Source of the DNA: the human T2T-CHM13v2.0 reference genome, Homo sapiens
Direction: 5' to 3' (one strand)
Length of the DNA: 64,000 nucleotides
NCBI RefSeq assembly: GCF_009914755.1
Contig: NC_060925.1
Below are positions 27,767 through 41,779 of the stretch, piece by piece. Both the position numbers and the translations under genes were made by a program. The notes under the pieces are model-generated. The model was not told the DNA's origin and did no database searches. It was given only the letters and a program-made list of their open reading frames with translations. Each line of letters starts with the position of its first letter. The first letter of the stretch is position 1.

Positions 27767-28389
27767 GTGAGCGAGTGGCCAAGGAGTCTGTCTTGATGTT
27801 GAGCAGCTCCCTGGTTAAATGACCCAGTCTCTTTAGTCACTATGTGACTTTGAAACTCAGAGAAGATATTCCTCCTCCCAAAGAAGAATGGAAAACGAGG
27901 AGAGAGACTGAATGTTTTATTCCCATGGCTATACTGGAAATGTAACAAAACTCCCCTCTCCTCTGAGAACACATGAGGGTGAGCTTAAACACTAACTCAT
28001 ATCCTTCCCTTCAGAAAGTAAACTTTATTGAGAGCCGCTTATGTAACAGTCACCAAATTGGGCTTTTCTCACATATTTCCTCCTCTTCACAAAAATCTTG
28101 TGGGCAGACATCACCAGTACATGCTTTGATCTCTAGAGGTCATTTCCTGTCTACTCCCTCTCATCATCCCTCAGAAGAGGTCCTCTGACATGGCTTAAGG
28201 ATACAAGGCGGCCATTGGGCTAAGTGTGGGGGTTTCGTTAGTTAAATCATGTCTTCCATGTGCAGTTCCTTTTTCGTGTTTGTAGTTCCTTTTACTTTGT
28301 TTTTTGGAAGCTCTTTCACCACAGAATTCTTCTCCTTTAAAACCTGTTTCCAACGTAGCAGGATATTGTAAGAGACAATTTCCAATGTC

Positions 28390-29380
28390 TTTTTAAAAAC
28401 TATTTAATTTTAGGTTTACAGAAAAGTTGCGAAAATAGTATCTAGTTTACATGTGCCTTTCACCAAGCTTCTCCTGATGTTAACAACTTATCAAACCAAA
28501 GGACAGCGATCAAAACCAATGGTCAAAGCTAATAAAATAAGACATAATAACATGTTGGTTGAACCATCAAAAAAAAAAAAAAGGAATTAACATTGGTACA
28601 ATTCTATTAACTCAGCTACAGGCCTTGCTCAAATTTCACTCATTTTCTTTTTTCCTTTTCCCCTAACAGCCTTTTTCTGTTCCAAGATTCTATCTAGGAC
28701 TTCCCTTGAACTTAGTCTTATCTCGTTAGTCTTCCCCTACTGTGATAGTTCCACATTATTCCTGTGTCTCATGATCTTGATACTTTTGATGAGTACCACT
28801 TAGTTATTTTTATAGACTATCTCAAAATTTGGGCTTGTCTGGCGTTTTCCCATGATTAGATTGAGGTTGTGCATTTTTTATGGGAATGCTGGTGAGAATA
28901 CCATAGGTGATGCTGTGTCCTCTTCAGTGCATCATATCAGGGAGTGAGATGTCCTATTATTGGTGATGTTAATTTAGATTACTTGGTTTAGATGTTACCT
29001 GCTGCATTTCAACTGTAAAGTTATTTTTACATATGAAATGAATAGAGGGGAAGATGCTTTAAAAGTACATGAGTATCTTATTTTCCCTTGAGCTTGTGCC
29101 CACTAATTTTAGCATCCATTCATAGATTTTTCTGTAACAGCTATTACTGTAGTGCTTACTTAACAGCAAGTTTTATTTCCCCCTCTTCTTTTACATTTAT
29201 GAATTGGAATTCTTTTGTAAAGAAGAGATCTCCCATATCTCCAATTTATGTATTTATTCAAATGTTTATTTGTATCCGTAGGGACTCATTTATTTTGTGA
29301 CTTGTAATCCAATATTATCATTATTATTATTTGCTCAAATTGTTCCAGCGTTGGCCATTGGTGTTCCTTCCAGTTGGCTC
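28390..29380 (-). mobile_element. L1MC4/5-type 3' end
   Basis: ttttaggtttacagaaaagttgcgaaaatagta...gctcaaattgttccagcgttggccattgg. Confidence 0.85.
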
Positions 29381-29441
29381 TCTCTGGCTTGCCTCATAGC
29401 ATCTCACACACATAGCAGGGGCAGGAAGGAAGATAGCTTGT

Positions 29442-29858
29442 TGTTATGGGCTGAATGGACACTCTCCCTCAAAAAAATTCATATGTTGAAGTCTTAACTC
29501 CTATTACCTCAGAATGTGACTCTTTTTTTGAAATACAGTCTTTATAGAGGTGATTAAAGTGAGGTCGTTAGGATGGGCCCTAATATGATGTAACTTTTAT
29601 TTTTGTAGGAAGAGGAAATTTAGACACAGACCTGAACAAAGGGAAGATGATGTGAAGACAGAGGGAGAAGATAGCCATCTAGAAGCCAAGGAGAGAGACC
29701 TGGAAAAACAGATCCACCCCCCATGGCCCTTAGAAGGAACCAATCCAACTGATGCCTTGATTTTGGTCTTTTAGCCTCCAGAACTGTGAGAAAATAAATG
29801 TCTGTTGTTTAATCTAGTCTGTGGTACTTTGTTAGGGCAGTCCTAGCAAAGTAATGCA
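29442..29858 (+). mobile_element. MLT1A/B solo LTR
   Basis: tgttatgggctgaat...cctagcaaagtaatgca; TSD cttgt (29437-29441/29859-29863). Confidence 0.9.
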
Positions 29859-30699
29859 CTTGTCTAGAGAAAATATTACTTTCATTAAGACACCAGCCTT
29901 ACCGATTAATTAGTGGTCGGAATTTCTTTGCAAATGCCACTCCTGAGAGAGATATTTTAGACCAATTTGAACATATTCCGAGCCTCAATATTGTTGCCAC
30001 TGTCAGCCAATACACGAGTAGCAAAACTGATATCTTCAAACCACATCCTCAGGGATGCTAGAAATGTGACTTTATTTTTCCATAATTCAACTTTATGTCT
30101 CTCGAGCCTCATTTCTGCTCAGTGGCAGAAAATTTACCCATTTTATTCTAGTTTTGATTAAGTCTTTCAGATTAAGTCCATTTTGGGGCTTTTTTCTTCT
30201 CCTTCTTCTTCCCAGGGAAAGAAGTTTTGTGGGGCCTAACAGCATGGCCTGGGGACAGCTGTGGGGCAGCACACCTGCTGAGGAGTGCAATCCACAGTTG
30301 CGTTCTCTGCTGAGGTGGCATGTCACCACTGGAGTCTGGTGGCATGGCCCAACCCTTTCCACTTAGATGTCCACCTGTCACAACTGCAAGACTTGTTCAG
30401 GATCTACTGGGTATCTCTTTCTCTCCTGAGCCCTCTTCCATGGCCCTTTGCAGATGCCCTCCAACTTCGTTATCCTATGATGCTACGTTGCTGCTGGAGA
30501 ACCAGGAAGGCTTCCTTAGAACTTATCTGCCCCAGATACCCCATACAACCACTTCTACTACACTCCCACAGGTCCAGAGACCATATCAGACTTCCTCACG
30601 CATTGCTTCTGCTTCTCTCAGCCTCGCCTGTCTTTTGTTCCCTCCTTTGCTCTAATGACAAGCTTTGCAGGGCTCTGACTGAGTTCCCAAAGGTGATTC

Positions 30700-31132
30700 G
30701 CCTAATACCCTATGCCTGGCCAGGGCCTATCTGTTGACATGAAAATGTGGAATTCTGTGGAATTCTACTTGGCCCCATAAATTTACAACTTGGAAGAACT
30801 GGGTAGTTAGTGCTGCCTGCAGTAAGGCTTTTACTAATATGATACAGGAACTGATGGGTAATGGATATGTTTGTTTTCCATCCTCCTCCCTCAACTCTTT
30901 CTAACAGGCAGTCTTGAGATCCATTTTATCTGACTTCTCAGAGACTGATTCAGAAAGATGCAGCAATTTGTCATGTTTTACTGTGGCCAGCTTGACAATG
31001 CATCACCATTTCCTTCCCTGCCTTACTCCCCTAGTCCCTCACTCTTGCTTCTTTTCACTCCCTAGAAAGTAGTAGCAAGTAGACCTTTTTAAGACTCTGC
31101 TTCCCCCCTGCCACTTTTTTTTTCAAGCTAAG
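30700..31132 (+). mobile_element. LTR16-family (ERVL) LTR
   Basis: ctgtggccagcttgacaatgcatc...ttccctgccttactcccc...gactctgctt...aagctaaga. Confidence 0.6.
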
Positions 31133-31339
31133 AAAAGGATTTTGCCTCTCTTTATAGGGTCCAATTGGAAATGAACCTAGTACTCCTTTGCTCTCTGAAT
31201 GCCAGAATTATCTGAAGAGAAGAATTTTTACATCTTTCCCCATGCTCTAAGACCTGATCCTGGGTAGGAGATCAAGGGTTCAGAGCCTTTAAAGGCTGAA
31301 GTTTCCCCCCAAGGTCATTACATATGAAACTTCCTTATC

Positions 31340-31910
31340 ATTTCCAGTATCATGTTCCACTCTATGTATGTTTCCATAATCTAACCATTGATGGGTACCT
31401 TTTTCTATTGCAAATAATATGGCAGCAAATATCCTTGAACAATTGTACATTTGATAGACATTTTCCAGCTGATCTTCATGTTGTCTGTACTATCTCCCTT
31501 TGTCTCTATACTCCCATCAGCAACATATGAGGTGGTTTGTTTCCTTCAGTTTCACCAGTGTGGAGGACTATAAAACTTTTTGATACTTGCCAATTTGATA
31601 AAGAATGGCATTTAATTTTCATTTAAATATTACTTCTCCTTTTTTCTGCCTCAGATTGGGCATCTTTTCCTGTATTTAAGAGTTATTTATAGTTTTTGTA
31701 GCTTATATGTTCCTGTTCTTTGTACATTCTTCCTTGGTTTGTCTGTGTTATTGATTCTTCTGAGGTCATTAAAAAGGAAATTATTCCTTTGTCTACAATA
31801 GGAGTTTCAAATACCTTTTCCTGTGATTTTCCATTTGTATTTTGACTTTGATTACGGTGGATTTTACTGTATAGAATTTTTTGTTATTATTAGTTTATCG
31901 ATGGTTTCAT
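31340..31910 (-). mobile_element. L1ME fragment
   Basis: tactcccatcagcaacatatgag, cttgccaatttgata, gggcatcttttcctgtattta. Confidence 0.7.
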
Positions 31911-32880
31911 TTGCCATATTAAAATATCAGTGAATATTTAAAACTGTAAATAATAGCAAAATAGGTTTTTTTCTTTTCTGCCCTACCAGCACTGGAAGCA
32001 GGAGGCAGTATCACTTTTTCTTGCAGACTTTACCTTACATAATTTTTTGCAGAAGTTTGTCAGAGTGGATTTGAAGTGATGTCTATTCAGTTTTAATAAA
32101 AGAAAAACTCTCTATTGTCCCAACTTACAGACCTACTGGTATCTTGTATATTCCTTCAAAACTTTGGACAGGTTTTCTAAAAAAGAAAGAAGCAAAATGA
32201 ACACTGTGGAACAGTCCCTTGATCAATGTTTTGGTAAAACCATTTCACTGTTAGTAACTGCTATCTTCTTCTTCATTGCCCAAGTAAAAACACAAGAGTA
32301 ATATAGAAGAAAAAGATGATATAGATATTTTTGCTTTTATTTCTTGACAAACATCAATGAAATAGAAAAGAATATTATCTAGAACATATTTTAACATTTG
32401 TAACATGTTTTCAAAGTCTTGCTTGTAACACATTTTCAAAACTTCTAGTATATAATGCCACTGGCATTAGAATTATCTTACAAAGCGAATTTCATTTCTA
32501 AATGTTGCAAAGTTGCTTCCTTTCCTACTAGCATAAATTTAAATAATCTGACAAGGCCATTTAATTATTGGATGCATGCTCTCTTGCATACCTCAAGTAA
32601 CCTCTTCTATGTTGATGACATTGTTTATTGTTAGGGAACAAGAATAGTCTTAAGATATCTGAGCCTGTGGGTTCATTATTGTCAATAAGATTGGCTTAAC
32701 TTCAGCTATACTAAAGCTAAATTTATAATCTTGGTTGGAAGTTTCTCCAAATTTAAATGAATGCACCCCTACAGCCATCCTTTAACAGAATTTAGCAAAA
32801 TAACAAAAGAAAAAAAATCCATTTGGCAGCGCAACACATTCATTGGGAAACTAACACATCCTCTCTGAAAACATTTAAAT

Positions 32881-33104
32881 CAAGCTGGTCCAACCTGCGG
32901 CCCATGGGCCACATGCAGCCCAGGATAGCTTTGAATGCGGCCCAATACAAATTCATAAACTTCCTTAAAACATTATGAGATTACTTTTTGCAATTTTTTT
33001 AAAGCTTATCAGCTATTGTTAGTGTTAGTGTATTTTATGTGTGGCCCAAGACAATTCTTCTTCTTCCAATGTGACCCAGGGAAGTCAAAAGATTGGACTT
33101 CCTG
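32881..33104 (-). mobile_element. MER30 (hAT MITE)
   Basis: gtccaacctgcggcccatgggccacatgcagcccagg...aagattggacttcctg. Confidence 0.92.
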
Positions 33105-33384
33105 AATTTTAAACCCATACATTGTTTATTATTTGCTGTTCGTTAGAGATCCTTGAACTCTTCTGAAGATCAACTGGATTTCCTAATGAAGCTGCAGGAG
33201 CTATCTGCCTTAGGAGACCAGGAGGGGGTCAATCAAAACTGCTTGTTTATTTTCCTTTACAAATATTGGTCCTCACACAATTTTGTTTTCTGCCCCTTAA
33301 TAGCATTTTGTGTGTGTATGTGTGTTTGTGTGTGAGATATTCTTTAATCCAGATACTTTTCTTTCTCATAAGACTTATGCAAAA

Positions 33385-33578
33385 TAAACATCCGTCAAGG
33401 TCATGAAAGACAAGGCAAGACTGAGAAAATTTGAAAGGACTGGAGGCAACTGAAGAGAAATCACTCCTGAATGCAATATGGACCCTGGAGCAGATAAAGG
33501 ACATTAGTGAAAAACAGGTGAATTTTTCATGAAGTCTGCAGCTTACTTAGCAATGCAATCCCAAAGTTACTCTCCTGT
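33385..33578 (+). mobile_element. L1MC/MD 3' fragment
   Basis: gtcaaggtcatgaaagacaaggcaagactgag...aaggacattagtg. Confidence 0.75.
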
Positions 33579-33786
33579 TCATTTTCCCCCAGTTTTAATG
33601 AGGTATAATTGGTATACTGAAAACTGTGCATACTTAATATATACAATTTAGACATGTGCATACACTCATGTTACCATTACGATAATCCAGGTAATAAATT
33701 TATCACCTCCAAAAGTTTCATTGTAATCCTCCCTCCTTTTTTCTTTTTGGTGAGAATACTTAATATGAGATTTATCATCTTGATGA

Positions 33787-34147
<361 letters not shown>

Positions 34148-34810
34148 CACAATATCTTATTTTTAACCCTAGGCACTATGTTGTACAGCAGGTCCGTGGA
34201 ACTTACTCGTCTAGCTGTAACTTTAAACCTATTGAATGACAACTTGACATATTACTCTCTTCCCATCTCCTGGTAACCACTATTCTATTGTTTACTTCTA
34301 TACCTTTGACTATTTTAGATGCCTCATATAAGAGAAATCATGCAGTATTTGTTCTTCTGTGACTGACTTATTCCACTAATGTCTTCCAGTCCATCCATGT
34401 TGTCACAAATGGTAGGATTCCCTTCCGTTTTAAGGCTGAATAATATTCCACTGAATGTATGTATCACATTTCTTTATCCATTTATCTGTCAGTGGACACT
34501 TGGGGTTTTTCTATACTTTGGCTATTGTTCATGCTGCAATGAACATAGGAGTACGGATATCTCTTCAAGATTTTACTTCCAATTTTCTTGGATATATGCC
34601 CAGAAGTGACACTGCTGGACCATGTGGTAGTTCTATTTTTAATTTCTTGAGGAACTGCCATACTGTCTTCCATGGCTTCACCATTTGGCATTCCCACCAA
34701 TAGTGTGCAGTGGTTCCATTTTTTTAATAGTCTCACCAGTGCTTGTTATCTCTCATTTTTTTGATAATAGCCATCCTAACAGAGGTGAGGTGATATCTTA
34801 TGTGCTTTTT

Positions 34811-37800
34811 GTTCCATAAGTTATTGGGGTACAGGTGGTATTTGCTTACAAGAGTAAGTTCTTTAGTGATGATTTGTGAGATTTTGGTGTACCCATCACC
34901 CGAGCAGTATACACTCTACCATATTTGTAGTCTTCTATCCCTCATCCCCCTCCCAGTCTTTCCCTCAAGTCCCCAAAGTCCATTGCATCATTCTTACGCC
35001 TTTGTGTCCTCATAGCTCAGCTCCCACATATTAGTGAGAACATACAGTATTTCATTTTCAATTCCTGAGTTACTTCACTTAGAATAATAGTTTCCAATCT
35101 CATCCAGGTCATTGCAAATGCTGTTAATTCATTCGTTTTTATGGCTGTGTAGTATTCCATCATATATATATATATATAATTCCACTAATGTATATGTTAA
35201 TATATAATACACATATGTATATATTATATATAATGTATATTATTCCACTAATGTGTGTGTGTATGTATATATATACTTATTCCACTAATGTATATACAAT
35301 GCGATATATAGTGAATTGTGCTGCTATAAACATGTGTGTGCAAGTATCTTTTGCGAACGACTTCCTTTCCTCTGGGTAGACACCCAGTAGTGGGATTGCT
35401 TTATCAAATGGTAGTTCTACTTTTACTTCTTTAAGGAATCTTCCCACTGTTTTCCATAGTGGCTGTACTAGTTTACATTCCCACCAGCAATGTAGAAGTG
35501 TTCCTTGTTCATGCATCCATGCCAGCACCTATAGTTTTTTTATTTTTTTGAATATGGTCATTCTTGCAGGAGTGAGGTGGTATTGCATTGTGGTTTTGAT
35601 TTGCATTTTTCTGATCACTAGTGATGTTGAGCTTTTTTTCATATGTTTGTTAGCCATTTGTATATCTTCTTTTGTGAATTTTCTATTCATGTCCTTAGCC
35701 CACTTTTTGATGGGATCGTTTGTTTTTTTCTTACTGATTTGTTTGAGTTCATTGTAGATTCTGAGTATAAGTCCTTTGTAAGATATATAGACTGCAAAAG
35801 TTTTCTCCCATTCTGTGGGTTGTCTGTTTACTCTGCTGACTGTTTCTTTTGCCATGCAAAAGCTCTTTAGTTTAATTAGGTCCCAGCTATTTATCTTTGT
35901 TTTTATTGCATTTGCTTTTGGGTTCTTGGTCATGAAATCCTTGCCTAAGCCAATGTCTACAAGGGTTTCTCCAATGTTATCTTCTAGAATTTTTATAGTT
36001 TCAGGTCTTAGGCTTATGTCCTTAATTCATCTTGAGTTGATTTTTGTATAAGGTGAGAGATGCAGATCCAGTTTCATTCCCCTACATGTGGTTAGCCAAT
36101 TATCCCAGCACCATTTGTTGAAAAGGTGCTTTCTCCACTTTATGTTTTTGTTTGCTTTGTTGAAGATCAGTTGGCTGTAAGCATTTGGCTTTGTTTCTGG
36201 GTTCTCTATTCTGCTCCGTTGGTCTATGTGCCTATTTTTGTACCAGTGCCATCCTCTTTTGGTGACTATGTCCTTACAGCATAGTTTGAAATCAGGTAGC
36301 GTGATGCCTCCAGATTTGTTCTTTTTGCTTAGTCTTGCTGTGGCTATGCAGGCTCTTTTTTGGTTCTATATGAATTTTAAAATTGTTTTTTTCTAATTTT
36401 GTGAAGAATGATGGTGATATTTGACAGCGATCGCTTTGAATTTGTAGATTGCTTTTGGCAGTATGATCATTTTCACAATATTGATTCTATCTATCTATGA
36501 GCATGGGATGTGTTTCCATTTGTTTGTGTCATCTATGATTTCTTTCAGCAGTGTTTTGTAGTTTTCCTTGTAGAGGTCTTTCGACTCCTTGGTTAAGTAT
36601 ATTACTAACTATTTTATTTTGTTTGCAGCTATTGTAAAAGGTGTTGAGTTCTTGATTTGATTCTGTGCTTAGTTGCTATTGGTCTATAGAAGAGCTACTG
36701 ATTTGTGTACATTATTCTTGTATAGAAGAGATACTGACTTGTGTACTGGAAACTTTGCTGAATTATTTTTAACAGTTCTGGGAGCCTTCTGGAGGAGTCC
36801 TTAGGGTTTTCAAGGTAAACAATCATATCATCAGCAAATAGTGACAGTTTGACTTCCTGTTTACCAATTTGGATGCCCTTTATTTCTTTCTCTTGTCTGA
36901 TTTCTCTGGCTAGGACTTCCAGTACTATGTTGAAGAGGAGTGGTGATAGTGGGCATCCTTGTCTTGTTCTAGTACTCAGAGGGAATGCTTTCAACTTTTC
37001 CCCATGCAGTATTATGTTGGCAGTGGGTTTGTCATAGATGGCTTTTATTACATTAAGTTATGTCCCTTGTATGCTGATTTTGCTGAGAGTTTTAATCATA
37101 AAGCAATGCTGGATTTTGTCAAATGCCTTTTCTGCATCTATTGAAATGATCGTGTGATTTTTGTTTTCAATTCTGTTTATGTGGTGTATCACATTTATTG
37201 ACTTGCAGATGTTAAACCATCCCTGCAGCCCTGGTATGAAACCCACTTGATCATGGGGGATTATCTTTTTGATATGTTGTTGGATTTGGTTAGGAAGTAT
37301 TTTGTTAAGGATTTTAGCATCTATGCTCATCAAGGATATCAGTCTGTAGTTTTCTTTTCTGGCTACGTCCTTTCCTGGTTTTGGTATTAGGGTGAACTAG
37401 AGGGTTCCTTCCTTATCTTGTGGAATGGTGTCAAAAGGATTGGTACCAATTCTTCTTTGAATGTCTGGCAGAATTCTGCTGTGAATCCCTCTGGTCTTGG
37501 ACTTTTTGTGTTGCTAATTTTTAAATTACCACTTCAATCTCACTGCTTATTATTGGTCTGTTCAGGGTATCTAATTCTTCCTGATTTAAGCCAGGAGGGT
37601 TGTATTTTTCCAGGAATTTATCCATCTCTTCTAGGTTTTCTAGTTTATGTGCATAAAGGTATTCATAGTAGCCTTGAATGATCTTTTATATTTCAGTAGT
37701 GTCAGTTGTAATATCTTCTGTTTCATTTCTTAGTGAAGTTATTTGGATTTTCTCTCTTTTTTTCTTGGTTAATCTTGCCAATGGTCTATCAATTTTATTT

Positions 37801-39600
37801 ATCTTTTCAAAGAACTAGCTTTTTGTTTCATTTATCTTTTGTATTTTTTTTGTTTCCATTTCATTTAGTTCTGCTCTGTTCTTGGTTATTTCCTTTCTTC
37901 TGTGGGATTTGGGTTTGGTTTGTTCTTGTTTCTCTAGTTCCTTGAGGTGTGACCTTGGAGTATCAGTTTGTGCTCTTTCAGTCTTTTTGACGTAGGCATT
38001 TAGGACTATGAACTTCCTCTCAGCACCACCTTTGCTGTATCCCAGAGGTTTTGATAGGTTGTGCCATTATCGTTGCTCAGTTTGAAGAATTTTTAAGTTT
38101 CCATCTTGATTTCTTTTTTGACCCAATGCTCATTCAGGAGCAGGTTATTTAATTTCTGTGTATTTGCATCGTTTTGAAGATTCCTTTTGTAGTTGAGTTG
38201 ATTTCCAGTCTTATTTCACTGTGATCTGAGAGAGTGCTTGATATAATTTCAATTTTCTTAAATTTATTGAGACTCATTTTCCTATGGATGTGGCTTCCTG
38301 TGAGCTGAACTGCAGTGATTCTTGTTTCTCTTCTAGGTCTACCCACCCAGTAAGTCTACCCGGCTCTGGGCTGGTACTGGGGGTTGTCTGCGTAGAGTCC
38401 TGTAATGGGAACTGTCTATGGGTTTCTCAGCTGTGGATACCAGTGCCTGTTCCAGTGGAGGTGGTGGGAGGGGGGTGGGGGCAAGTGCAGCGGACTCTGT
38501 GAAGGTTCTTAGCTTTGGTGGTTTAATGTTCTATTTTTGTGCTGGTTGGCCTCCTGCCAGGAGGTGGCGCTTTCCAGAGAGCTTCAGCTGTGGTATTATG
38601 GGGAGGAACCTGCCGCCGGTGGACAAGGCCTTAGAACTCCCAGGATTAAATGCCCTTTGTCTTCTGTTACTAGGGTGGGTAGGGAGGGACCATCAGGTGG
38701 GGGCAGGGCTAGGTGTGTCTGAACTCAAACTCTCCTTGGGCAGGTCTTGCTGTGGCTGCTGTGGGGGATGGTGGTGAGACTCCCAGGTGACTGGAGTTGT
38801 GTATCTAGGAGGATTATGGCTGCTTCTGCTGAGTCATGCAGGTTGTTCCGGAAGTGGAGGAAAGCCGGTAGTCACAGGCCTCACCCAGCTCCCACACGCA
38901 AACCGAAGGGCCCGTCTCCCTCCCACCATGCTCCCTGCAACTGCCCCCAGACTGTTTCCAGGTGGAGAGCAATACAGGATCGAAAATCTGCCCCAGGCTA
39001 TTCGCCTCCCAGCTGTGAAAAAAAAGGGCTTGGTTCTTCCCCAACCAGTGGAGTCCGCACACTGGATTTGCGCCCTCCCGCAAGTTCTGGCCGGGAGGCT
39101 TCTCACCCGGTTCAAATTGTTACAAAGTTCAGCTAGAGATTTGCTTCTTCCTGTGCAGTTTTACCCCCGCTCCTCTCCTGTTGGATCTCTGTGGTACCAG
39201 GCAGGAATGGGTGCTAGGGGACCCAGTGAGGTTCCGGGGCCTTTCTGCTGCTTCCTCTACCCGTGTTTCACTCGGCTCTCCATACTGATTCAGCTCCAGG
39301 TAAAGTCGGAAACGTCTCCCCCAAACAGACCTTAAGTTTCTGCAGTGGGGGTGTGTGTTCAGGAGAGGAGGGTCTCCCTTTCCCACTTCCACAGTCTGGG
39401 CACTCACAGTTTTGGGGGAGTCTCCTGGGTCCTGCAGGAGTAGTCCGCTTCCTTCAGAGGGTCTGTGGGTCCTCTCGGGATTGCTGGTTGAAGGTTCTTG
39501 TGGTGGATCTGGAGCTAAAATTCACAACGCCAGCCACCCGCTGCTCTGTCAGGAGCTGCAATCTTGTCCTGCTTCCCATCCACCATGATCGACTTCTATC
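34811..39600 (-). mobile_element. L1PB-type element with 5'UTR fused directly to ORF2 (ORF1 deleted)
   Basis: ttccataagttattggggtacagg 3' end; [15 protein letters not shown]; 5'UTR 38281-39600; approximate TSD tcttatgt(g)cttttt (34796-34810/39601-39614). Confidence 0.93.
38556..38571 (+). promoter_or_regulatory. CTCF-like motif in the L1PB 5'UTR
   Basis: GCCAGGAGGTGGCGCT is close to the CCASYAGRKGGCRS core; occupancy unknown. Confidence 0.45.
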
Positions 39601-40500
39601 TCTTATGTCTTTTTTTGTTTTCATTTCCCTGATAATTAGCAATGTTGAACATGCTTTCATATACTTGTGGGGCATTTCTAGGTCTTCTTTGGAAGAATTT
39701 CTATTCAAGCCCTTTGCACATTTTTTCTACATTTAAAAATTACTGTTGAATAACATAGACTTACAAAGTTGCAACTAAGTATTTAAGTGCTTAAGCAGAT
39801 TTAATGTATTCTTTCTTTTAAGAAAAATCTTGATCATTCTACCCCGGTGGGGTTTTTTTTTAAATATAGAATATGACACATAGACACCTGTCACAAAGTT
39901 TTTGAAGAATTGAAGTTGAGATATAATTTAAATACAATAAAATGCACAGATTTAAGAGTTTATTTGCTGAGTTTTAAGAGCTGTGTGTATTTGTGCTAAA
40001 CATCATCCAGAAAAAACATATAGACCGTTTCCATTTTCTCCAGAAACTTTTCTTGTACCCACTTTTAGTCAGCTCAGTCACTCTCCAGCAATCAACAACC
40101 TGTTGATGGACATTTGGATCATCTCCAGATTTTGATTATGAATAAGTTTGCTATGAACATTCTTGTACAAGTCTTTTTGTGGTCATATGTTTTCAGTTAT
40201 CTTGGGCAAATTAGTAGGAGTGTAATTGCTGGCCTTGGGCCAATTATATGTTTATTTTTCTAAGAAACTGCCAAACAGTTCACCAAAGTGGTTGTACCAT
40301 TGCACATTCTCACCAGCAGTGAATGAGAGCTCTGATTGTTCCACATCACCACCAGTACTTGGTATTGTCAGTTTTTTTTTTGTTTGTTTTTTTAGCTATT
40401 GCAGTGAGCATGAAATGGTATCTCATTTTGGTTTTAATTTGAATTTCCCTTTGAATAATAATGAGCATCTTTTTATTTTGTATTGGTTACTTGTAAATCT

Positions 40501-40528
40501 TGTGTGTGTGTGTGTGTGTGTGTGTGTG
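40501..40528. repeat. (TG)14 microsatellite
   Basis: Directly visible. Confidence 0.97.
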
Positions 40529-41560
40529 AGACAAGTTTGTTTGAATATATTTGTTCATTTTAAAAATTAGATTATTCATTTTTTTCCCCTGTTGATTTGT
40601 AGGAATTCTTTGTGTATCTATATAAAGGATGCCAGATTTTTAAAAACAGATTTTTAACCAATATATATTTTTCCTAGTCTGTGGTTTACCTATTAGTTTT
40701 GTAAGTAGTGGTTTTAATGAGCAGCAGGTTTTAATTTTGATGGAATCTAAGTTATCAATTTCCACTTCTATGGCTATTACTTTTGTGACCTAAGCAATCT
40801 TCATCTACTGTAGAGTGTTATAGCTCTAGTTTTTAAGTTTAGGCCTATGATCCATTTCAAATTAATTTTTGAATGGGATGAGGTAGCAGTTGAGGTTTAT
40901 TTATTTTTGTTCATTTGGATTCTAGTTTTTTCACTACCACTTGTACAAAAGACTTTGTTTCCCCTGATGAATTACCTTGGCATCTTTGGGGAAAACCACC
41001 TGCCTATATTGTGCAGATCTATTTCTGGAATCTCTATTCTGTTACACTGATTGATTTGTCTATCTATGTAGCAATAGCACACTGTCATAATATTACTTTA
41101 TGGTTAGTTTTGAATGAAGTAGTATACATCCTTTAATTTTGTTCTTCCTCAGCTTGTCAATGTCTTCATAAGCAGTCTGCTGGGATTTGTTTGAGAACGT
41201 ATTAAAGAGATCAACTTGGGTCAAATGGACAAAAGAGTGTTGAGTCCTTCGATTTATGAACATGAGGTATCTTTTCACTTATTTAAATGCTCTTTAATAT
41301 CTCTTAGAAATTTTTGTAGTTTTCCGTGTAAAGGTCTTGTGCGTCTTTTGCTAGAATCATTCCAATGTGTTCAACGTTTTGTGTTGCTATTATATGTGGT
41401 ATTGTTTTAAAATTACACTTTATAATTGTTTTTTGTTAACATATAGAAATACAATTGATTTCTGTATATTGACCTAAATTCTGCAGCCTTACTAAATTCA
41501 CTTGCCAGTTCTAATAGAATTTGTTTTTGTAAATTCCATTGGAATTTCTTTTGATTTTTC

Positions 41561-41690
41561 CTTTTTTTTTTATGAAGATGGAGTCTCACTTTGTTGCCCA
41601 GGCTGTTCTTAAACTCCTGGCCTCAAGCAGTCCTCCTGCCTCAGTCTCCCAAAGTGCTCGGGTTACAGGTATGAGCCACCACGCCTGGCC
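41561..41690 (-). mobile_element. FLAM_C / Alu monomer
   Basis: Single Alu left monomer with poly-T. Confidence 0.9.
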
Positions 41691-41779
41691 TCTTTTACAA
41701 ATTTTAAGGTAGAAGCATGGATCAGTGATTTTCCATCTTTATTCTTTAATAATGTAAACAATTCAACACTAAGCATTTC

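Noticed and set aside
30093-30737. 150-aa ORF and overlapping frames in a GC-richer patch
   Set aside because: No recognisable homology, splice structure or poly-A/TSD; could be an unnamed old repeat
35277-37333. L1 ORF2 RT peptides suggesting an active element
   Set aside because: Fragmented by stops and frameshifts; ORF1 and most of the endonuclease are deleted
38284-39736. Overlapping ORFs up to 182 aa
   Set aside because: L1PB 5'UTR sequence; no evidence they are ORF0 or real genes
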